This document shows positions 55,301 through 64,000 of a stretch of 64,000 bases of DNA, one piece after another. This DNA is from the human T2T-CHM13v2.0 reference genome, Homo sapiens, in assembly GCF_009914755.1 (NCBI RefSeq), contig NC_060931.1; one strand, 5' to 3'. The notes below the pieces were generated by a model. The model did not search any database, was not told the origin of the DNA, and saw only the letters and a program-made list of their open reading frames with translations. Made by a program: the position numbers and the translations under genes. Each line of letters begins with the position of its first letter. The stretch's first letter is position 1.

Positions 55301-58300
55301 GGAAATTGGCTAAAATTGTGTGACAGCTGCTAGTGAACTCATTCAGACTGACAATATGCTAAAGTAGCTGTCTCTTTTAGTATAGAGAAGATATCTGGAA
55401 AAGTAATCTTTCATTTTAATTCTGAGAACTTGGTGATTTTGCATGTCCTGGTTCGATTTTTTAAAAATTAGATTCAAACCAGGTTACTTTATGTCATTCT
55501 TCCCTGTTACTTATTTACAAGAATAACAAAGAACCGAACCTTGATCGCCTAAAAAACGTTAACTCATAGGATACAACAGTCTTGAAAATGACAGTTTGAG
55601 AGAAACAAGGCCAATGATGAGTGAATTCTGGGAACATAAAGTGCTTTAAAACCCAAATATACATTCAATATGACAAAATTGACCTCCAGTAAAAGAAAAG
55701 TAAAATCTGCTTCTGGTCCTGAAATGCGTTATGCATTTTCTCCAGTGAAAGTTATGTTATCCTTTATTATCAGGAAACTTCTGCATTTTTTCCTTTCCCC
55801 AAACCTTAATAAGATCATGTTAAATAGTGTGTGAACCAAAGATTATTTATATAAATATTGCTTTTAATGATGCCATGAACTTTTTTGAAATAAAATTGCA
55901 CAGTTTGGAAGCTCAAAGCAGCCACTGTTCTCTCTAGTTTCATGTCTCTTTCTTATTCCTTCCTAGCATATCCATTGGTGGTCCCCACTCTCCTGAGGGA
56001 GAGCTCTTAGAGACCAGCAACCACTTCTCATTTACCTTGGGTTATTTGAGTATACTTCCCAATGAATATTTTTTAATGATGAATAAAAAATAAGAAATTA
56101 TGTATTTGATTGCGGGAGGCAGATATTTTTGGCATGTTGCCAGGAGGGGAGACACATTAATGTTAATGAACGTCCACACAAACCTTTTCTATCAAAGTTT
56201 TAAACACTTGAAAAAAACCTTCAAACAAGACTCTGTCTCAGACTTTAAGAGAATTACTGGAAAATAAGAAGAGCAACACAAAGAAGGCAATTCAATTAAA
56301 AGAAAAAATAAATATGGGAAAATGAAGAGGAGTAGATCTAGTTTCTTTAAGTTTTTGGTTTTCAAAGTTACTTCATAGAGGGAATGAGGCACAATCACAG
56401 GTTTCAACAGCTCAAGCCAAATACAAACACTTTAACAAATTATTTCCTCCATATTTTGTTGGACTGAATATGCTTTATATACAGATCACTGTTACTGAGT
56501 CGAATTACTTTTGTGAAAGGATATAAGTAAGATAAATATTGTATAACAATGAAAAAAAGTAATTCTTGGGGAAAATTAATGAGGATAATGTAGAGGTGAC
56601 AAAAGCAGTGATAATCCTCCTTATATAGTCTTTGGAAACTATCCTTCACATACATTGAGAGTTCTATTAAAATAAGACCTGAATATTAAAACTTATAATA
56701 GAAATGTGTCTGAACTTGCAGTTGGAAGGTAATAAACTGCCATTTTTAAAGACAACTTTTGGAGGTTGGACAAAATGAAGACAACTCAAGGAAATATTGT
56801 TACTATTATTACAACTGCCACTAAACGTTTTATAGCAAATACATCAGGAAAACAAAATAATTGTATAAATGTATTGAGAAACATATAGAAAGAGATAAAT
56901 GTAGATATTACCTCAATAAAGACAGCTTCAGCAGAGGAACAGCAATAACAAAACACAGATAGTTTTAAATAAAATGAACTATTGCTTGCCAAGGCTGCTG
57001 AAAAACAATATCTGATAGGAGCATATGTATGACTATGTTATTGGTAAGAAAATTATATGTAAAAATATGTGTATAGATACATATACACACACAATGATAT
57101 GACTGTAATATAGATACACATATATAATACAATTGTAAAATAAATACACATATATATTACAATTGTATCCTATGCCTTACATAGCAGTGGTAAAAGGATC
57201 ACCTGATTACATGATTACATATCCACTGGAAAATTGTTTTTCCATAAAAACCTTCTTAAACTTTTGGTCTCTAGTTGAATATGTTCTAAAGGAGACCTTA
57301 TACTCCATACTATAATGACATTTTGACATGAAGAAGCAAAGAAGTTGTACCTTTCTTTGTAAACAACCATTATATCTAATTATTTTTCTAGTATTCATAT
57401 CATTGCTAATTTATAGCCATTAATACCAATATGAATAACAATATAATTAAATGAAAACACTTTGAATTTCAATTATGTGATATTTGAAAATATTCCATTT
57501 TCAAAATGTTATTGACAGCAATTTATTGGCTATTTTCCAGACAGACCATTCATTGAGAAGTGCAGAAAAAAAGGAGAGCTACACAATTTACCCAAGAGGT
57601 ATTTATAATCATTGGGTAACATCAAAATCGGCAATTATGTAAATTGGAAACCTTGGTTTTTATTCAGTGGAGCTGTATTAAATCTTCATTGGTACAGGAG
57701 AAAAGTGAGAGTTTAATTTTATACATTCTTTCGAATTCAATTTATGATCGCATAAATGTGCTTTTCCATATTAACTTTCTCATAAAGAGCACAATTTTCA
57801 CTTTGAGGAAAAATAGTATTTCAGTGAACAAATTCAAGAGCCCTTTATATCTGGCTTCAGTTATGGGAAAATAAATCTAGAAGTCCTGACTGTGTTGATT
57901 AAACTCTTATAACTTTACAAGATTAGAGCAAGAGTCTTTGAAAATAAAAAGTCTTGATTGATAATAATGTTGAAAATATTATTGTTAAAAACAAGGTCAT
58001 CCATATGTATGATTAAAGGTGGAAAGAGTTTGAAATTCACCTCCAATTTCTCAGTGAAGTATGAAAGACAGCCAGAGAGTTTGTTCATAATATTTGCAAG
58101 TAGATTTTTAAAAATTTAGACTTGATACATAATCTAAAACAAAATATTCTCAATCTTATGCTTAACCTCATGCCATAAAGTGAAAATGACGCTTTGAACT
58201 ACCCTGGATAAATTTTAGAATCATTTTATTGAATAAATTACTGGAATAGAAAATGTCCTATATCTACTATTGCTTGCTTTTTTACTGCACCCTGCCCCAT

Positions 58301-58559
58301 CCCACTGTTGATATACATTCATTCATTCATTCATCCTTGTGCCTAATTTTCCCAAAGAATAAAAATTTTGCAAGATCAGCGTTGTCTGTTTTTTACTCCA
58401 TGTATATTCACTTTCTGGATATTTTCCTGGTTTTATATTCAGTGTTGATAGCCATTTGTACACACAAAAAATATTAATTCCTAACTGTTTTCATGTTTTT
58501 ACCTATAATTTCCTAGCTTTCATCTGAGATTCTTACCCATATTCCTATGATTTATCATG

Positions 58560-58750
58560 TAGGGTATGCTGGTTAGTGTTTAAAAACTGACTCTCTAGAA
58601 GGAAAAAAAAAAGAAACACCCTTATTTGCAGCATTTGCTTATTTTATGGTTGGATATTCTCGCCATGGATGATGCAAGTAGCTTATAAAATTCCTGAAAA
58701 TATACAAGCAACTCTATTGAGCTGGTACTAGCTAGTTCCAGCACACCACT
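58560..58750. mobile_element. MER63 (hAT-Blackjack)
   Basis: Termini gggtatgctggttagtgttt / gagctggtactagctagttccagcacaccact. Confidence 0.7.
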
Positions 58751-58824
58751 CTAAGTACACTAATTTTAAAGAGAAAACATATCTTTTTTGAGAATTTTCC
58801 AAGAAACTTCAAAGAGTTAAGAAC

Positions 58825-60439
58825 ACTTTCTGGCTCCAGAATGTAGACAGCATGTAAGGGGTGTCCCTTTAACCGTTACAGCAAAAAGGAATGAGATAAA
58901 CTTCAGATTCGTAATTTTTTTTCAAACCCAACTAGACCTAAGTTTGCAGAGCCACCAACTGGCCCACAATATAAGGAGAGACAGGAGTCTGAAGGAAGAA
59001 AGGACAAGTGTTCACTCTTCTACTTGAGGGAAACACAGATGGACTCAGGTACAAAGAGCACTGCTAGAGTGCGTGATCAATTGGTAGAGGCTGAGTGTGG
59101 GATGGAGAGTGTAGAGTCTGTGAGGACCCCTAAAACTGGGGAAATCCCCACACAATGGCAGGCTCTTTGTTTGTAAACTCTTACAGGAACTCACAGAAAA
59201 GAATGGGAAGTTACCTAAGAAAAGGTTTTTGGTGGTACATACTTGAAAAGGGGAATATCAGTGGTGTGGGAATGTCAAAAACTTTATCTGGACTCTTCTC
59301 CCCTGTCTACCATATGAAATAAATGCCTTAATCTTCAAGGTGGAGGGCATAACACTGCCAACTTAGGGGAACAGGTATAAACTAATTGCTGCTGGAGGAA
59401 GGAAACAGGAGGAAAAAAAAAACTACCCCTGGAAGAAGAACAGGAGCAGGAATATGCACTGGGCCCAACAAATGAAGTCTGTGAACAGAGAACAGTGAAT
59501 GCTGCATCCCCAAGACCAGCACATCACATCTGCCCAGGATCAGCCTTAGGCAGCCCACAGTTCGCATTTGCCAGCCCTGTGGAGAGGTGTGGGAGGTAAT
59601 GGTGAAAATAGGTGAGTAAAATCATTGTCAAAATTGTTTTGAGAATAAAAGCAGGAAAGAGTAAATGTTCTAAAGCTCTCATATCATTGGATGTCAGTGG
59701 CAACAGTGGCATAATAGATCTATTTGGTGTGAGAAAAAAAAAACTCTAAAGGTAATTAGAGAAAAATTCAATCAAATAAAAAATGAAAAGGAAATATGAA
59801 GCTCAATAATATAAATATAAGTATAAGCAATATAAAATATAATAAGAATTATATAATAAATAGAATATAAACCAAGAAATGTAAATCATGTATATTAGTC
59901 AAATCCCTGAATGAGAATGAACTGAAGTCTTACATAACAAGACACTATCAGATTAGGTTAAGAATATAAATCAGCCATAGTCTTTCAATAAGTAATACAG
60001 CTAAGTCAGAATGAGAGTTTAAGAATTAAAAAATTGGGGCCTGACATGGTAACTCACTCTTGTAATCCCAGCACTTAGGGAGGCTGAGACAGATTGCTTG
60101 AGCCTGGGAGTTCAAGACCAGCCAGGGCAACATAGCAAGACCCCTTTTCTACAAAAAGAAAAATACAAAAAGTAGCCAGGCGTGGTGGTGAGTGCCTATA
60201 ATCCCAGCTACTTAGGCTGAGATGAGAAGTTAATGCTACAGGAAGCCATGTTTGTGCCACTGCACTCCAGCCTGGGTGAGAGAGCAATACCCTGTCTCAA
60301 AAAAAAAAGAATTGGTATGCATAATACTATACCAGACAAATGACAACAAAAACAAAACGTGGTTAACATTAAAAATGAAGAAATTTAAGATTCAAATCTA
60401 AATAAAATAAAGCAGGAGCATATCAATTTACAAAAGTAT
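58825..60439 (+). mobile_element. Decayed L1M 5' region and ORF2 N-terminal fragments
   Basis: L1M-like 5' start ttctggctccag...; EN-like ctgaatgagaatgaactg...atcagattaggttaag...ataccagacaaatg. Confidence 0.5.
60038..60309 (+). mobile_element. AluJ
   Basis: gattgcttgagcctgggagttcaagaccagccagggcaacatagcaagacc; TSD AAAAAATTGG/AAAGAATTGG. Confidence 0.88.
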
Positions 60440-62352
60440 TGTATTAGTCTGTTTTCACACAGCTATAAAGAATACCTGAGACTGGGTAATTTGTAAACAA
60501 AAGAGGTTTAATTAACTCACAGTTTCACATGGCTAGGGAGGCCTCAAGAAACTTAAAATCGTGACAGAAGGGGAAGCAAGGCACATCTTACATAGTGGCA
60601 GGTGAGAGAGAGAGAGGACAAGGGAAACTGCCACACACTTTTAAAGCATCAGAACTCATGAGAACTCACTCACTATTATGAGAATAGCATGGGGGAAACT
60701 GCCCTCATGATCTAATCACCTCCCACCAGGTTCCTCCCTTGACACATGGGGATTACAATCTGAGATGAGATTTCGATGTGGACACAGGGCTAAACCATAA
60801 TATTCTGCCTGGGGTCCCTCCCAAATCTCATGTCTTTTCTACATTTCAAAACCAATCATGCCTTCCCAACAGTCTCCCAAAGTCTTATTTCTGCATTAAC
60901 TCAAAAGTTCACAGTCCAAAGTCTCATCTGAGATCAGGCAAGTCCCTTCTGCCTAGAAGCCTGTAAAATCAAAAACAAGTTAGTTACTTCCATGATACAG
61001 TGGAGGTATAGGCATTAGGTAAATATTCCCATTCCAAATGGGAGAAATTGGCCAAAACAAAAGAGGCCACAGGCCCTATGCAAGTCTGAAACCCAGCAGA
61101 GCATACATTAAATCTTGAAGCTCCAGAATGATCTCCTTTAACTCCATTTCTCACATCCAAGGCACACTGATGGAAGGGGTGGGCTCCCACAGCCTTGGGC
61201 AGCTCCACTTCTGTGGCTCTGCAGGGTACAGCCTCTGTGGCTGCTTTCACGGGCTGGCATTGAGTGTTGGCAGCTTTTCCAGTGCATGGTGCAAGCTGTC
61301 AGTGGATCTAACATTCTGGGGCCTGAAGGACAGTGGCTATCTTTTCACAGCTCCACTACGCAGTGCCCCAGAGGGGACTCCGTGTGGGGGCTCTGAGCCC
61401 ACATTTTCCTTCCACACTGCCCTAGCAGAGGTTCTCCATTAGGGCTCTACTCCTGCAGCAGACTTCTGCCGGGACACCCAGGTGTTTCCCCACATCCCTG
61501 AAATCTAGGCAGAGGCTCCCGAAGTTCAACTCTTGCCTTCTGTGCACCTGCAGGCACAACACCTCATGGAAGCCACCAAGGCTTGGGGCTTTCACCCTTT
61601 GGAGCAACAGCCCAGGCTGTACCTTAGCCCCTTTTAGCCATGGCTGGAGCTGGAGCAGGTGGCACACAGGGCACCAAGTCCCAAGGCTACACAGAGTAGC
61701 AGGGCCTTGGGCCTGGACCATGAAAACATTTTTCCGTCCTAGGCCTCTGGGCCTCTGATGGGAAGGACTGCCATCAAGATCTCTGACATTCCCTGGAGAC
61801 ATTTTCCCATTGTTTTGGTGATTAACATTCAGCTTCTCGTTACTTATGCAAATTTCTGCAGCTGGCTTGACTTCTCCTCAGAAAATGTGTTTTTCTTTTC
61901 TGCCACATGGTCAGGCTGCAAATTTTCTCCACTTTTTTGCTCTGTCATCTCTTGAATGCTTGGCTGCTAAGAAATTTCTTCTGCCACATACCCTAAATCA
62001 TCTCTCTCAAGTTCAAGGTTCCATAGATCTCTAGGGCAGGGGCAAAATGCCACCAGTCTCTTTGCTAAAGCATAGCAAGAATGACCTTTGCTCCAGTTCC
62101 CAATCAGTTTCTCATCTCCATGTGAGATCACCCCAGCCTGTACTTCATTGTCCATATCACTATCAGCATTTTGCTCAAAACCATTTAACAAGTCTCTAGG
62201 AAGTTCTAAACTTTCCCACATCTTCTTCTGAGCCCTCCAAACTGTTCTAACCTCAGCCCATTACCCAGTTCCAAAGTTGCTTCCACATTGTCAAATATCT
62301 TTAGAGCAGTGCCCCAAACTCCTTGTACCAATTTCCTGTATTAGTCTGTTTT
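60440..62352 (-). mobile_element. THE1D element: 3' LTR 60440-60802, internal 60803-62336, only ~16 bp of 5' LTR
   Basis: LTR tgtattagtctgttttcacac...aaaccata; internal region homologous (inverted) to 11362-12938; second TGTATTAGTCTGTTTT at 62337. Confidence 0.9.
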
Positions 62353-62614
62353 GTTTTTTTTTTTTTTGACAGTGTGTTGATATATCACCCAGGCAGGAGT
62401 GCAGTGGTAGGAACATGGCTCTTTACCCTCCTACTTCAGGGTCTGGTGCAGCTGGGACCACAGGCACACACCACTATTCCTGGCTGACTTTTTTTTATTT
62501 TTTGTAGAGATGGGATCTCAGTTTGTTGCCCAGGCTGGTCTGAAGCTGCTGGGCTCAAGCCATACTCCAGCCTCAGCCTCCCAAAGTGCTGGGATTATGG
62601 GTGTGCACCACCAC
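62353..62614 (-). mobile_element. AluJo-type, diverged, with internal deletion
   Basis: T tail; gctgggctcaagcc; cctcccaaagtgctgggatta. Confidence 0.8.
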
Positions 62615-62629
62615 TTGAAACTATTGTTT

Positions 62630-62720
62630 TCCTTTTTTAGAAACCTCAGTTTTTGCTCTTAATGCCTTCAACTGATTGAATGACGTCCACCGACACTACA
62701 AAGAGTAATCCATTTATTTA
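62630..62720 (-). mobile_element. MLT2-type LTR fragment
   Basis: gaaacctcagtttttgctcttaatgccttcaactgattgaatgacgtccacc. Confidence 0.65.
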
Positions 62721-63515
62721 TTTATGTATTTTTGCTCCATGGGAAATGTATAGCCTTCATTAAAAAAAATTCATAGTACTTTCAAAAATGCAAAAACAAG
62801 AAGAGAAGAATTTAATAAAGATTGTATGTGATTAATAAAATAGAAAATGGAAAATTGTAAAAGCATAAGTGGATTCGAACATGGTTTCTTTGACTAATAA
62901 TGCCAACAATATTCTTGACATTTTGATTACATAAATTAAAAAGAATAAAACCATATAAGATTTGGAATGACAAATAATCACAGGGAAAAATTGGATAAAT
63001 GAATCATAAAAGATTTCCAATAATATTTAAACTACTTCACTCCAAAAGAAATGACGCTATCTATGATGCGTATTTTAAAGCCTTTATAACAATAATAACA
63101 AAATCTAAAAAGACATGAATAGAAAAGCATAAGACAAATTATATTTCTTAATATAAAAATTTTAAATAATTATAAAGATTGAATGAATATTAGTAAATTG
63201 GATAAATAAAATTCAGCACTGGATTACAAAGTTAGTATACTACAACAAAAGTCTGTTATTTTGTATCAGAAAACTGGTCAATAAAACATTGAAAAAATAA
63301 ATATGTCTACCTTAGAATAATACAAATAGTTTCTCAAAGCTGTTTATGTTTATTCTATGATGCTGAGTCTTCTCATTCTCCTAGATGAAATTTATAGACA
63401 TTCTCATGACTTTTCAGGTCATTGTAGGTAATTAATATTCAGTATCCTTAAGTCCAGTTCAATGAAGTAATAAAAAGTTTAAATGTCATCAACTTTTTCA
63501 TCCTCATCTATCTTC

Positions 63516-63519
<4 letters not shown>

Positions 63520-63546
<27 letters not shown>

Positions 63547-63559
63547 TTTGAGACAGCCC
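63520..63559 (-). mobile_element. Extremely 5'-truncated Alu-like insertion (CTGTCTC plus poly-A)
   Basis: T tract plus GAGACAG, flanked by an 18-bp direct repeat (17/18 identical). Confidence 0.65.
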
Positions 63560-64000
63560 CCTCATCTCTCTTCTTTCCCATTTCTGGACCACTGCAAGAT
63601 GGTCAAGTGGTATTGAAAGAACTGTGAGTGCATGGCTGCTTCTCATTTCCCCATCATTTACTTTTTCCATTGCCCAAATAAAGGACAGCAGAATTAACAG
63701 TTTCTTTTTTTACTGGACGAGAGGAGTTGGAGGGAGAGTAGGAAACAGTAAAGATTTTACTTGACTAGTGCTATTGTCAGGTGGCAAAGCCACCCCCAGG
63801 TTTGGAAGCTGTTTAAGCTCTAATGCTTTCTGACCTTCTTGCATCTGGTTCAGCTCTAATCCATAGAAAATACTTAACGAATCCTTTGCGCTCAAACTTA
63901 GGATACAAAAACCATCCAAAGCACCACTTCTGTTTTTCTCTATGTTGAGAGCATATTTGAAGCCAGTGCCCCTCACCTCCTTTATATTTCTCAGACATAA

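Overview
AT-rich, CpG-poor primate (very probably human) genomic DNA, intergenic or deep-intronic. I found no credible protein-coding exon, RNA gene, CpG island or CRISPR array. Nearly all listed ORFs are repeat-derived or chance. The window is mostly interspersed repeats: L1 of many ages (L1PA3, L1PA7, L1PA15/16 with a twin-priming inversion, L1MA/MC/ME), about 12 Alu/FLAM copies, many MaLR LTRs (a complete THE1A/B element, a 5'-LTR-truncated THE1D element, four solo THE1 LTRs, MST, MLT1), MLT2, ERVL-type LTRs, hAT/Tigger MERs, MIR and L2. Subfamily names come from recalled consensus features, not a search, and boundaries of old repeats are approximate. I see no evidence of a new gene system. 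The best observations are: (1) an exact PRDM9-A 13-mer CCTCCCTAGCCAC in the THE1A/B 5' LTR, with related motifs in three other THE1 LTRs, predicting a meiotic hotspot; (2) a four-layer nest in which a THE1 LTR sits at the inversion junction of a twin-primed L1; (3) an inverted templated-insertion scar beside an inverted Alu pair that has a 60-bp Z-DNA-forming spacer; (4) a tight G>C-rich mutation cluster at the THE1 PPT/3' LTR boundary; (5) a near tail-only retrotransposition event with an 18-bp TSD.
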